In this document: piece after piece, positions 41,650-50,831 of the stretch
How positions within the stretch are numbered: position 1 is the stretch's first letter
How the letters are laid out: every line of letters starts with the position of its first letter
NCBI GenBank assembly: GCA_035625415.1
Contig: DASPPQ010000050.1
Span: forward strand, 6,405-70,404
Direction: 5' to 3'
Origin: Thermodesulfobacteriota bacterium
GTDB lineage: Bacteria; Desulfobacterota; BSN033; UBA1163
Length of the DNA: 64,000 nucleotides
Made by a program: the position numbers and the translations under genes
Notes under the pieces: model-generated
The model's input: only the letters and a program-made list of their open reading frames with translations
Told to the model about the DNA's origin: nothing
The model's database searches: none

Positions 41650-42179
41650 AATTCCTCCACGATGATTTGATCATTCGTATAAATGCAGATGGAGGCAGCG
41701 ATCTTCATGGATTCGACAGCGATGGCCTTCGCATCCAAGCTTGAAAACTCGGTCAGTGCCTTCGCAGCGGCATGGGCATAAGGTCCGCCACTGCCAATGG
41801 CTGTCACCCCATCATCGGGTTCAATGACATCCCCATTCCCTGAGATGACGAGCGTGTGTTCGGAGTCGGCGACAATAAGCAACGCCTCGAGCCTCCGGAG
41901 AATCCGATCCGTTCGCCAATCCTTAGCCAACTCTACAGCCGCCCTGAGCAGATTTCCGCTGAACTGGTCGAGCTTTTCCTCAAACTTTGCAAATAGGGTG
42001 AAGGCATCCGCCGTGGCCCCTGCGAAACCCGCGAGAACCTTATCATGATAAATCCTTCGGACCTTCCTGGCGGTATGCTTCATGATGGTGTGCTCAAGAG
42101 ACACCTGGCCGTCCCCTGCCATGACCACCTTCCCTTTGTGTCGGACGGCGAGCACGGTTGTCGCATTAATTCTAATCAT
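41646..42179 (-). CDS. hslV: ATP-dependent protease subunit HslV
   Basis: TTVLAVRH N-terminal Thr nucleophile. There is a 4-nt overlap with hslU. Confidence 0.9.
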
Positions 42180-42231
42180 TGACCGTTTTCCTTTTGTTTG
42201 ACTACTTTCTGCCCCTCTCTTCTTTCACCAA

Positions 42232-42395
42232 ACTCGAAGCTCAAAACCTTAAACTCTAAACAAACTCCAGGCTGAAAAAATTCAAAACCCAACCTTTAAC
42301 ATAACCCCTCCCTTCCTCCCCTTAATTAAGGGGAGGTTAGGTGGGGTTAATTTTGGGTTCATTTAGTATTTAGCTTTTAGAGTTTGAACTGTTTC
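42232..42395. repeat. Full-length composite palindromic element (AAACTCTAAACAAACTCC ... CCTCCCCTTaattAAGGGGAGG + GTGGGGT ... TTTAGAGTTTGAAC)
   Basis: Central GC hairpin with AT-rich inverted arms, the same architecture as 20663-20842. It lies between hslV and xerC. Confidence 0.65.
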
Positions 42396-42426
42396 GCGTT
42401 CCATTCCATTCTAAGGAGTTTGGTGC

Positions 42427-43431
42427 TTACCCTTTCTTCCCGTCATTTTTTCGATCCGCATTCCTGAAGCTGCGGGGGTGAGCCTTGTCATAGACCTCCA
42501 TCAACTTTCCCGTGCTGATGTGGGTATATCTCTGGGTTGTCGAGAGGCTCGAATGCCCTAACATCTCCTGAATCTCTCGAATGTCGGCCCCTGCATCGAG
42601 GAGATGCGTTGCAAACGTGTGGCGAAGACTGTGGGGGCTGACTTTCCGGAAAATGCCCGAATGTCTCGTATACCGCTTCATCAGTCTTCCCACGCTGCGG
42701 GCCGTTAATCTCCCTCCTAACGTGTTGACGAAAATGGGCTCGTCTCCCTTTAACACTGCTCGTTCTTCCAGATAAGCCCCCAATGCCTCGATTGCCTTCA
42801 TCCCAACCGGAACGATACGTTCTTTCCTTCCCTTTCCCATCACCCTCACGATGCCCAGGTCGAGGTCTAATTGACTCGAATTTAATCCCACCAATTCACT
42901 CACACGCAATCCGCTGGAATAGAGGAGTTCTAAAATAGCGCGATCTCTTAACCCTTTCTCTTTTGATCCTTCTGAAGATTTTTCAGAAACACTTTTGGGC
43001 GATTCCATCAACCGGAAGGCTTCGTCCACCGTGAGAGTGGCGGGAAGGGTCTTCTCCACCTTCGGGGTTGAGACGCCCTTGGCCGGGTTGGAAGGAATCA
43101 CCTCCTCCCTGACCAAATACTTGAAAAAAGAACGCAGCGCGGAAACCTTCCTTGCGATAGAACTCTTTCGATTTTTTCTATGGAGGAAGCTCAAATATTT
43201 CCGAATGGCTATCCGATCCACTTTTTCTATTTCTACCTCTCCCGTAGGACCGAGAACCATTCCCGAACTCTTCAAAAAATCCTGAAACCCTTCCAAATCC
43301 CTCCGGTAACATCGGCAGGTGTGAGGTGAAGCATTCTTCTCTACGGATAGATGATTGATAAATTGATGGATGAAACCATGCCTTTCAGTATATCGAGAAG
43401 CCATCCATCCTCCCATTTGTTGTCTCGTCAA
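42427..43431 (-). CDS. xerC: Tyrosine recombinase XerC (xerC-hslV-hslU synteny)
   Basis: C-terminal catalytic R..HxxR..Y residues (LRHTFATHLL...RYTHI). The real start may be ATG 43404. Confidence 0.8.
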   Translation of the reverse strand: MTRQQMGGWMASRYTERHGFIHQFINHLSVEKNASPHTCRCYRRDLEGFQDFLKSSGMVLGPTGEVEIEKVDRIAIRKYLSFLHRKNRKSSIARKVSALRSFFKYLVREEVIPSNPAKGVSTPKVEKTLPATLTVDEAFRLMESPKSVSEKSSEGSKEKGLRDRAILELLYSSGLRVSELVGLNSSQLDLDLGIVRVMGKGRKERIVPVGMKAIEALGAYLEERAVLKGDEPIFVNTLGGRLTARSVGRLMKRYTRHSGIFRKVSPHSLRHTFATHLLDAGADIREIQEMLGHSSLSTTQRYTHISTGKLMEVYDKAHPRSFRNADRKNDGKKG

Positions 43432-43519
43432 ACATGATGTAACTTATGAAAATGTTATCAAATTTTTATTCTATAACACAATCGTGCGATTTATCAACAT
43501 TTTTGACCAATTTTTCTCA

Positions 43520-43547
43520 TTGACATTCTCTAAGCTTCTCGTATACA
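43520..43547 (+). promoter_or_regulatory. Near-consensus sigma70 promoter for the dodecin gene (TTGACA, 16 nt spacer, TATACA)
   Basis: TTGACA at 43520-43525 and TATACA at 43542-43547. It lies 44 nt upstream of the AGGAGG RBS. Confidence 0.5.
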
Positions 43548-43590
43548 CTTCAAAATATAATATCCATTTTATCAAAAGGAGGTGATAAGA

Positions 43591-43803
43591 ATGGCAGAAC
43601 CGAGAGTCGCAAGGGTTACCGAAATTATTGCAGGTTCTCCAAAAGGTTTTGAGGAGGCCATTAAGGTCGGCTTCGCGAGAGCGACGAAGACCTTAAGGGG
43701 TATCACTGGAATGCGTGTGGCCGAAATGCGTGTGGCAGTGGAAAATTCTAAGATTATTGAATATCGGGTCAGGATAGAAATCATCTTCGTCCTCGAAACA
43801 TAG
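43591..43803 (+). CDS. Dodecin-family flavin-binding protein
   Basis: 70 aa, MAEPRVARVTEIIAGSPKGFEEAIKVGFARATKTLRGITGMRVAEMRVAVENSKIIEYRVRIEI, which matches the dodecin fold pattern. AGGAGG lies 8 nt upstream of ATG 43591. Confidence 0.75.
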   Translation: MAEPRVARVTEIIAGSPKGFEEAIKVGFARATKTLRGITGMRVAEMRVAVENSKIIEYRVRIEIIFVLET

Positions 43804-43875
43804 CCACTTTCTATCTGGCATCTGACACCTTTGGCTGCTGACAGGCAGGGACAGAAGGCGGAATGAAGAATGAAA

Positions 43876-43915
43876 GGCCCTATCCCCGGTGCTGAGATAG
43901 GGTCTTTCTGTTTTC
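43876..43915 (+). terminator. Rho-independent terminator after the dodecin gene
   Basis: GGCCCTATCcccggtgctgaGATAGGGTC stem followed by TTTCTGTTTT. Confidence 0.6.
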
Positions 43916-44016
43916 AGATTCGTTTTTCCTTAGGAGGGATTTGTCCTTCAACGTCCATACAATTGTGGTCTACTTAGTAAGTGGTGACCAAAACCCAGTA
44001 AAATCAAGGTCCAAGT

Positions 44017-45021
44017 CTACTCCTTTATTACTTTCAGTAATTCTTCCCCGCTTACGACCGCGGTTCCAACCTTTCCCACTACAATCCCCGCCGCATAGTT
44101 CGCTAAGCTCGCTGCATCCTTAACCGTCACATGAGGCCCTGTCCCTAAAGCAAGAGCCATCGTTCCAATGACGGTATCTCCGGCACCGGTCACATCGTAG
44201 ACCTCCTTAGCGACCGTGGGAACACGATAAGGTTTTTGATGAGGCTCGAATATGGCCATCCCCTTTTCTCCTTGGGTGATGACCAAAGCGTTGCACTTCA
44301 GCCTCTTCAACAAGCTTCTGCCAATTTTCTCCACCGAGAATTGATCGGTGACAGGGATCCTTGATGCCTCACTCGCCTCGTTGGTGTTCGGAGTAATCAC
44401 GGTGGCTCCTTTAAAAAAGAAAAAATTTTTAACCTTGGGGTCAACCATGATCAACTTCTTGGATTGCTTCGCCCTATTAATAATGGTTTGAATCAGCTTT
44501 CTCGTCAATAAACCTTTCCCATAATCAGAAAAAACAACCCCGTCGAAATCTTCCATCTTTTCCGTCAAAAAATGCGAAAGATTTCCGAAAGTAGAGGCCT
44601 CGGGATGATCGGTCGTCTCCCGATCGACCCGGACCAATTGCTGGTAATGCGGATGGTGAGCAATGATCCTTGTCTTTACCGTCGTCTGTCTTCCGGGTTC
44701 AAAGAATATTCCTTCCGTTTGGATTCCTTTTCCGAAGATTCGCTCGTATAGTTTCCGCCCAGTTTCGTCGTCGCCCACGATGCCACAGAGCGATACAATT
44801 CCTCCAAGGGAACGGATATTATGAGCAACATTTGCGGCGCCCCCGAGGTTAAAGTCCTCTGCTTCCGCAATGATGACAGGAACGGGGGCCTCCGGGGATA
44901 TCCGGGAGACTCTCCCAAAGATGGACCGATCCATCATAATATCACCCACGACTAAAAGTTTGACCCTCGGAAAACTTTTCAAAATGGACTCCAGCTTCTT
45001 CCGCTGTCTCATCCTGATCAT
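44017..45021 (-). CDS. D-glycero-beta-D-manno-heptose-7-phosphate kinase (RfaE/HldE domain I, PfkB family)
   Basis: PfkB carbohydrate-kinase fold with the C-terminal GAGD motif. 334 aa, so it is the kinase domain only. Confidence 0.75.
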   Translation of the reverse strand: MIRMRQRKKLESILKSFPRVKLLVVGDIMMDRSIFGRVSRISPEAPVPVIIAEAEDFNLGGAANVAHNIRSLGGIVSLCGIVGDDETGRKLYERIFGKGIQTEGIFFEPGRQTTVKTRIIAHHPHYQQLVRVDRETTDHPEASTFGNLSHFLTEKMEDFDGVVFSDYGKGLLTRKLIQTIINRAKQSKKLIMVDPKVKNFFFFKGATVITPNTNEASEASRIPVTDQFSVEKIGRSLLKRLKCNALVITQGEKGMAIFEPHQKPYRVPTVAKEVYDVTGAGDTVIGTMALALGTGPHVTVKDAASLANYAAGIVVGKVGTAVVSGEELLKVIKE

Positions 45022-45034
45022 TTTATCCGTTCCT

Positions 45035-46012
45035 TTAAGATCTCTTGTGATCTCTGAAAAAATCGGCCGTTTTTTTCAATCCGGCCTCAATCCCAACTTT
45101 TGGCTCATAATTGATGATTTCCTTTCCCTTGCGGATATCCGCTAAAGAATGCTTCACGTCCCCTTTCCTGGGCTCTTGATAAATAGGGGACTGTTTCGAC
45201 CCAAGGATCTCTTTCAGGATGTTCAATAATTGGTTTAACGAAATTCTTTTCCCACAGGCAATATTAATGGCTTCTCCATGGAGGTGTTCTGCCGACATGG
45301 CGAGAAGATTGGCCTGGACCACATTCTCGATATAAGTAAAATCTCGAGACTGCTCTCCATCTCCAAAGATGGTCGGGGGACGCCCCTGGAGCAGAGCATC
45401 GATAAACTTCGGGATGACGGCGGAGTAAAGGGAGTTCGGGTCCTGTTTTGGCCCAAAAATATTGAAATACCTCAGGGAAATGGTTTCGAGACCATAGAGT
45501 TGGTAAAAAAGTCGGCAATATTGCTCACCGATATATTTCTGTAAGGCATAGGGCGAGAGAGGATTGGGGGGCATTTCCTCATGCTTGGGCAAAGTAGGAG
45601 TATCGCCATAGATGGATGAAGAGGCGGCATATATGACTTTTTGCACCCCTTTCTCCCTGGCAGCCAGAAGAATATTCAAAGTCCCTTCTACGTTGACCGC
45701 ATTGGAGGTTTCCGGATCTTCTATAGAGCGCTGAACCGACGGCAGGGCACCCTGATGAAATACATATTCCATCTCCTGGACCGCCTTTTGGCAGGTGCTG
45801 AGGTCACGAATGTCCCCTTCGATAATCTCCAGAGAAGGATAGGCTTTACCAAAAATCAGGTTCTCCCTTTTGCCAGTTGAAAAATCGTCAAGAACTCGAA
45901 CAGAATGCCCTCTCTGGAGCAGGGCCTCCGTCAGGTTTGACCCGATAAATCCCGCTCCTCCCGTCACTATTACTCTTGACATGTCGATCCCCCCGTTGCT
46001 TCTCTTTAACAA
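45035..46012 (-). CDS. NAD-dependent nucleotide-sugar epimerase (WbpP/TviC-like UDP-HexNAc 4-epimerase family)
   Basis: TGGAGFIGSN Rossmann motif, LDDFSTGKRENL, and catalytic YxxxK (YALQK). Confidence 0.6.
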   Translation of the reverse strand: MLKRSNGGIDMSRVIVTGGAGFIGSNLTEALLQRGHSVRVLDDFSTGKRENLIFGKAYPSLEIIEGDIRDLSTCQKAVQEMEYVFHQGALPSVQRSIEDPETSNAVNVEGTLNILLAAREKGVQKVIYAASSSIYGDTPTLPKHEEMPPNPLSPYALQKYIGEQYCRLFYQLYGLETISLRYFNIFGPKQDPNSLYSAVIPKFIDALLQGRPPTIFGDGEQSRDFTYIENVVQANLLAMSAEHLHGEAINIACGKRISLNQLLNILKEILGSKQSPIYQEPRKGDVKHSLADIRKGKEIINYEPKVGIEAGLKKTADFFRDHKRS

Positions 46013-46102
46013 AATGATCTTAATTTATCAAGAAATAATATCCCTATGATATGCAGCGCATTGACGTAGAAAAGATACGAAGACATCTTACTGAGATAAT
46101 TA

Positions 46103-47194
46103 TTATTCGTTACCCCTTCTCTCGATTAATTTGACCGTTCGGTCCGCTGCTAATCGGACACCCCTCGGATTCCAATGGCTATCATCAAGAAAAAAGAGCA
46201 GGGCTGATTTTTTTCGGTATTCATCTTCAAATGCTTTTTGGGTATCAACGGTTTCAATCTTTCTTTTTTTCAACTCCTGAATCAGCTGTTCTAAAAATAC
46301 GGGTCTTCGGGGGTCTGGTAGGAAATCGTGATAAATATTCTCTTTGTTGGGGATCGGAAGAAAGATAAAGCGAATATTCCTTTTTCTTAGAATCTGGTCA
46401 TAGGCTTCGATGGTTTCAGCTGCTTTATGGATACGCTCATAGGGTACCTCTTTATTGGCTGCCTCCCCCTGAACAAAGAGCATGGGGCCAAATTTTGAAG
46501 GAAAATGACAAAAATTTATCAGAGTCCCGTTTCCCACTTTTGCCCTCACATAGTTCAGCATATTCATTTTGAAAAGACGGTCGAGCATCACCCCTACGGA
46601 TTGAACCCATCTGGTTTGTTCTATTTTGTCTCTCCATTTATAAAAAGCGAGAAGGGTCTCCCCTTTTCGCGATGCTTTTGGAGGCGGCATATTAAGAATA
46701 TCTCTCTCAATGAATGAAACAATGACTATCTTCGGAGAATCTTCCTTAAATCGAAAATCCTTTAGGAAAGTATTGATCGATCCCACCGGGGCGTAAGGGT
46801 ATACAGGAACTTTCAATTGCCCTTCTAAGACCTCGGAGAGCATCTCTTCCTGTGTCAGCCCAATACCAACAATATTCGAATCGCCGATGATGACTACCTG
46901 TGGCTTCATCCCCTCCGCATCCTTTTTCCGAAAGCCATAACGATCCGTTATCCACTTTACTCTCTTGGGGATGGCAAAAGATGTATGACGCGCTAAATCC
47001 CCACTGATTTCCAATTTTGTCACTTCCATACAGGGGTAAAAATGCCCAGGGAAAATTGAGCGAATTTTTATGATGAGCAAAGCCTCCCAAACCCGAAAGG
47101 CGAAAAAATCAATAGGCAAGACGAATAGTTCAATCCCGATCATAAAAAGGAAGGGACACGAGAAAAGGAGAACTTTCAAAATAAATTTTTTCAT
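46103..47194 (-). CDS. AlgJ/AlgX/DltD-like SGNH-fold protein, periplasmic partner of the MBOAT
   Basis: N-terminal anchor and a C-terminal LDDSHWN (D-x-H-W) motif. It is adjacent to an MBOAT gene. Confidence 0.55.
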   Translation of the reverse strand: MKKFILKVLLFSCPFLFMIGIELFVLPIDFFAFRVWEALLIIKIRSIFPGHFYPCMEVTKLEISGDLARHTSFAIPKRVKWITDRYGFRKKDAEGMKPQVVIIGDSNIVGIGLTQEEMLSEVLEGQLKVPVYPYAPVGSINTFLKDFRFKEDSPKIVIVSFIERDILNMPPPKASRKGETLLAFYKWRDKIEQTRWVQSVGVMLDRLFKMNMLNYVRAKVGNGTLINFCHFPSKFGPMLFVQGEAANKEVPYERIHKAAETIEAYDQILRKRNIRFIFLPIPNKENIYHDFLPDPRRPVFLEQLIQELKKRKIETVDTQKAFEDEYRKKSALLFFLDDSHWNPRGVRLAADRTVKLIERRGNE

Positions 47195-47203
47195 AATCCC
47201 TTC

Positions 47204-48664
47204 CTAAAATTGGAAATAGATAAACTCTTTGGTTCCAAAATGGCCAAACAATAAAATGGCCAAAACCATTGAATAATAGACGGCCCACCTCAGACTTATT
47301 CGCTTCTGAGATAACCACTGGTCGAAATGATTGTTTCCTTGCAAGAGATGGATCAACAACAATATTCCAACTGAAACAACCCCCACCACCAAGTGAAATT
47401 TCAGTAGGCCAAAAAACGGAGTAGCCTTAAGTGCGGGAATAGCGAGGCCTTCCCACCCCGTGAATAAATGCGAGATGATATAGATTGCATCCGAAATGCT
47501 ATTTGCCCTAAAAAATATCCAGGCAAAACATACCAAGAAGAACGTTACCATTACCTTGAAATAATTATGAAGTCTCGGAACTCTATCCAGACCCATTGCC
47601 TTATGAATCTTTTCTCTTATATTTCGTGTGAAAACTGAAAACACCAGGTAAATTCCGTGCAATCCACCCCAGACAATAAATGTCCAATTGGCTCCGTGCC
47701 ATAATCCACAAATCAACAGGACTACAAATAAATTAAAATACCACCTTGGAATGGAGACTCGGTTCCCTCCCATTGGAATGTAGAGATAATCTCGGAACCA
47801 TGTGGAGAGGGAAATGTGCCATCTTCTCCAGAATTCGGGGATGGATTTCGAAAAATAGGGGCGATTAAAATTGTCCATAGTGGTGAATCCCATAACCTGG
47901 GCCGCTCCAATCGCCATATCGGAATAACCTGCAAAATCACAATAAATCTGGAAGGCAAAGAATAAGGTGGCCAGGACGAGGCCGGCCCCGGAATGATGAG
48001 TTGGGTCGTTATAAACAGAATCCACCAAGGGGGCTAAATTGTCCGCGATCACCATTTTTTGAAAAAGTCCCCAGAGCATCAATTTCAAACCTTTCGTCAC
48101 CCTCTGATAATCGAAACCGAACCTCTCGTATAGCTGGGGCAAGAACCTTGTTGCCCTTTCAATGGGCCCGGCCAACAATTGTGGGAAGAACGCCACATAG
48201 AGTGCCAAATACCCCAAATGCTTTTCGGGTGATTGGTTCCCCCGGTAGACATCAATGGTATAACTCAGATTTTTAAATGTGTAGAATGAAATACCAATAG
48301 GTAAAACAACATTTAGCGCGGGGCTTCCATAAAACAGATTGTAATGTCGAAAGATGACTCTCAAGGAGTCATTAAAAAAATTGTAATACTTAAATACAAA
48401 CAAAAACCCGAGATTGAAAAACAGACTGAGGATTAGAATTTCTTTTCTTCTGGATTTTGTTCCAATTTTGCCCATCCGGATACCGGCATAATAGGTGATT
48501 AAGGTTGTGATGATAATTAAAATGATATATGCTGGCTTCCAAGAAATATAGAAATAGTAACTTGCGCCAAGAAGTAATACCCATCGAAGATGGTAAGGGA
48601 TCGTAAAATACACCGCCACCACGACTGCGAAAAAAAATAAAAATTGCATAGAGTTAAACAGCAT
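47204..48664 (-). CDS. Membrane-bound O-acyltransferase (MBOAT; AlgI/DltB family)
   Basis: 486-aa polytopic protein with conserved His in an MBOAT context (WRRWHISLS...). Confidence 0.8.
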   Translation of the reverse strand: MLFNSMQFLFFFAVVVAVYFTIPYHLRWVLLLGASYYFYISWKPAYIILIIITTLITYYAGIRMGKIGTKSRRKEILILSLFFNLGFLFVFKYYNFFNDSLRVIFRHYNLFYGSPALNVVLPIGISFYTFKNLSYTIDVYRGNQSPEKHLGYLALYVAFFPQLLAGPIERATRFLPQLYERFGFDYQRVTKGLKLMLWGLFQKMVIADNLAPLVDSVYNDPTHHSGAGLVLATLFFAFQIYCDFAGYSDMAIGAAQVMGFTTMDNFNRPYFSKSIPEFWRRWHISLSTWFRDYLYIPMGGNRVSIPRWYFNLFVVLLICGLWHGANWTFIVWGGLHGIYLVFSVFTRNIREKIHKAMGLDRVPRLHNYFKVMVTFFLVCFAWIFFRANSISDAIYIISHLFTGWEGLAIPALKATPFFGLLKFHLVVGVVSVGILLLIHLLQGNNHFDQWLSQKRISLRWAVYYSMVLAILLFGHFGTKEFIYFQF

Positions 48665-48707
48665 GATCCCTCACGCCAATTTCCACGGGTTAAACGGTCT
48701 CGAAGAA

Positions 48708-49088
48708 TTACGAGGAGGCGCCGTCGGGGGGGAGGTAACGCCTCTTCACTTCGTTCAACTCCAGTTCTAAAAGGGCGTATCGTTGGGCCAGGTCTTTATT
48801 TTGACCTGTTAACTTAGAAATCACTACGGAGAAATGAAAAACAATAAGGAGGAGAAAGAAAAAGGCGATTAAAACTACCGTGGACAAATAGAATATACCC
48901 GTAATTCTAACAAAAAACTGCGAGAGCAGAAACTCAGGCCATAGGCTAAACAACAAGACCACTCCTCCGGTGAAAAGCCAGAGGATTGCATATTCTTCCC
49001 GAAGCCTTTTCTTCCTGATCAGTTCAAGGGTGATCAAGAGTAAACTAACACTGAGCACACCAACAATGATTTGAGTCTTGAATAACAT
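48708..49088 (-). CDS. Small membrane protein, DUF2304-like (GtrA-like partner of GT2)
   Basis: 126 aa with 3-4 TM segments. It lies immediately downstream of a GT2 gene. Confidence 0.5.
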   Translation of the reverse strand: MLFKTQIIVGVLSVSLLLITLELIRKKRLREEYAILWLFTGGVVLLFSLWPEFLLSQFFVRITGIFYLSTVVLIAFFFLLLIVFHFSVVISKLTGQNKDLAQRYALLELELNEVKRRYLPPDGASS

Positions 49089-49090
49089 GG

Positions 49091-49846
49091 CTATCCCTCC
49101 AGTTCCAAAAAGGGTGGCTTTTTAAAACAATCTACAAAAATCGCTAATAGAACCTTGACCATATAGTAGATAGACCTGATTTTCGTGATCGAAGACTCCC
49201 CGGAGCATCTCTCACTCATCCCGACCGGAATTTCTCCCATCTCTAAACGACATTGATGGAGCAAGATCACTGCTTCCGGCTCTGGATAATCCTGTGGATA
49301 ATTCGAAGCAAATAATTGAATCGCCTTTCGATTCGCTGCCCTGAAACCAGAAGTGGGGTCAGTAATCTTCTGCCCCACAATCATTGAAATCACTTGCGAG
49401 AAGATGGAAATCCCTATCCTTCTCATCATTGACGACTTATATCCTGGATCTCCGATAAAACGCGAACCGATGACCATATCCATCTTCTTCTCTTCCAAAG
49501 CCCTAAGGAGTTTGCCAATCTCTTTCGGGTCATGTTGACCATCGCCATCGACCTGTATCGCAATATCGTACCCTTTCTTATAAGCATATTGGTATCCAGC
49601 CTGCATGGCCCCACCGATCCCCAGATTAAAAGGAAGATCCAGAGCAAGAGCTCCCTTAGACTTGGCTATTTCCGAAGTGAGATCAGTGGACCCGTCATTC
49701 ACCACCAGCACCTCTATTTGTGGGAGCTGGATTTTAACCCCCTCGACCACTTTCCCCACAGAGCGCACTTCATTGTAGGCAGGGATAATAACCAGGATCC
49801 TTTTCTTTAATTCCATCGAAATATCTCTTTTTATTCGACACGCCAC
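49091..49846 (-). CDS. Family 2 glycosyltransferase (polyprenol-phosphate sugar synthase, GtrB/DPM1-like)
   Basis: ILVIIPAYNE...VVNDGSTD...DGD motifs. The start may be ATG 49816. Confidence 0.75.
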   Translation of the reverse strand: MACRIKRDISMELKKRILVIIPAYNEVRSVGKVVEGVKIQLPQIEVLVVNDGSTDLTSEIAKSKGALALDLPFNLGIGGAMQAGYQYAYKKGYDIAIQVDGDGQHDPKEIGKLLRALEEKKMDMVIGSRFIGDPGYKSSMMRRIGISIFSQVISMIVGQKITDPTSGFRAANRKAIQLFASNYPQDYPEPEAVILLHQCRLEMGEIPVGMSERCSGESSITKIRSIYYMVKVLLAIFVDCFKKPPFLELEG

Positions 49847-49851
49847 CTTTA

Positions 49852-50706
49852 TCAGAAATGACCACTTTCTTTATCAACAGAAGCACGATGAGAGGCGACC
49901 TTTTTGGCGATCACTGCTAATTTTAAGCGGTTTTGGCTGAAATGAGTGAATAAAAGTGATAACGGAAATTTAAAAGGGAAGGATAGTAACGAGGACTCCA
50001 GCCACCGGGGGAAGCACAGGTATTCCCACTTCACGATTGTGAATCCATTCCTTTCCAATAACGTCTTCATCCGATCCAGATTATATCCATTCCGATAATG
50101 GCTCCCCCCCTCCCCTACGCAGACGCAGCCTCCCTCCTTCGTCATGCAAGCTCCCAAGGGTTCATCGTATTCATCCACCGTCTCTGCGTAAGGCACAGAA
50201 AGGATAACGGTTCCGTCATCCTTAAGGATTCTCCGGAATTCCCGGATAACGCGATCATCCTCTTTGATATGTTCTAAGGCCTCAAACATGATAATCACAT
50301 CAATTTTCTTTTCCGGAAAATCATTGGATAATATATCCATATTATGGAATGTTAGGTTCTTAACCCTCAACGAATCCCTGATCTTATCTCCCACACCAAT
50401 GCTTTCTTTATTAATATCGACACCCACTACCTTATATCCCCGTCTGGCCAATTCGAAATCAAAGGCCCCGTGGGAACAACCCACATCCAATAACAATCCC
50501 TTCTTATCCCCCTTAAGGATTTTCAGAGTTTTTCTTGCCAGAATTCGATTTCCTGTGCTGAAGGGATAACCAAACAATTTAATATAAATGGGTCCGTATT
50601 TTTTCCCCATATTTCTCAATAAACTCGACAAACCGAATTGTACAGCGGTATGCCCTAACATCGCTTCACAGATCTCTTTTTTGCCTAACATCCTGTTATA
50701 GACCAT
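49852..50706 (-). CDS. Class I SAM-dependent methyltransferase
   Basis: LLDVGCSHGAF motif I. Confidence 0.7.
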   Translation of the reverse strand: MVYNRMLGKKEICEAMLGHTAVQFGLSSLLRNMGKKYGPIYIKLFGYPFSTGNRILARKTLKILKGDKKGLLLDVGCSHGAFDFELARRGYKVVGVDINKESIGVGDKIRDSLRVKNLTFHNMDILSNDFPEKKIDVIIMFEALEHIKEDDRVIREFRRILKDDGTVILSVPYAETVDEYDEPLGACMTKEGGCVCVGEGGSHYRNGYNLDRMKTLLERNGFTIVKWEYLCFPRWLESSLLSFPFKFPLSLLFTHFSQNRLKLAVIAKKVASHRASVDKESGHF

Positions 50707-50831
50707 ATTAAACGCTCACCTTTTTTGCATGCGCTTCCTGCAAATACATCTCTGACGCATATCCGAGGCTCCAGCCTTTGGCTACTGTCAACCAAATATC
50801 CATACTCTGTTGAGCAGATCGAGCACTACCT

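Noticed and set aside
42427-43431. Tyrosine recombinase checked as a possible integrase of a mobile element
   Set aside because: It sits in the conserved xerC-hslV-hslU housekeeping synteny. No attachment-site repeats, phage genes or tRNA are nearby.
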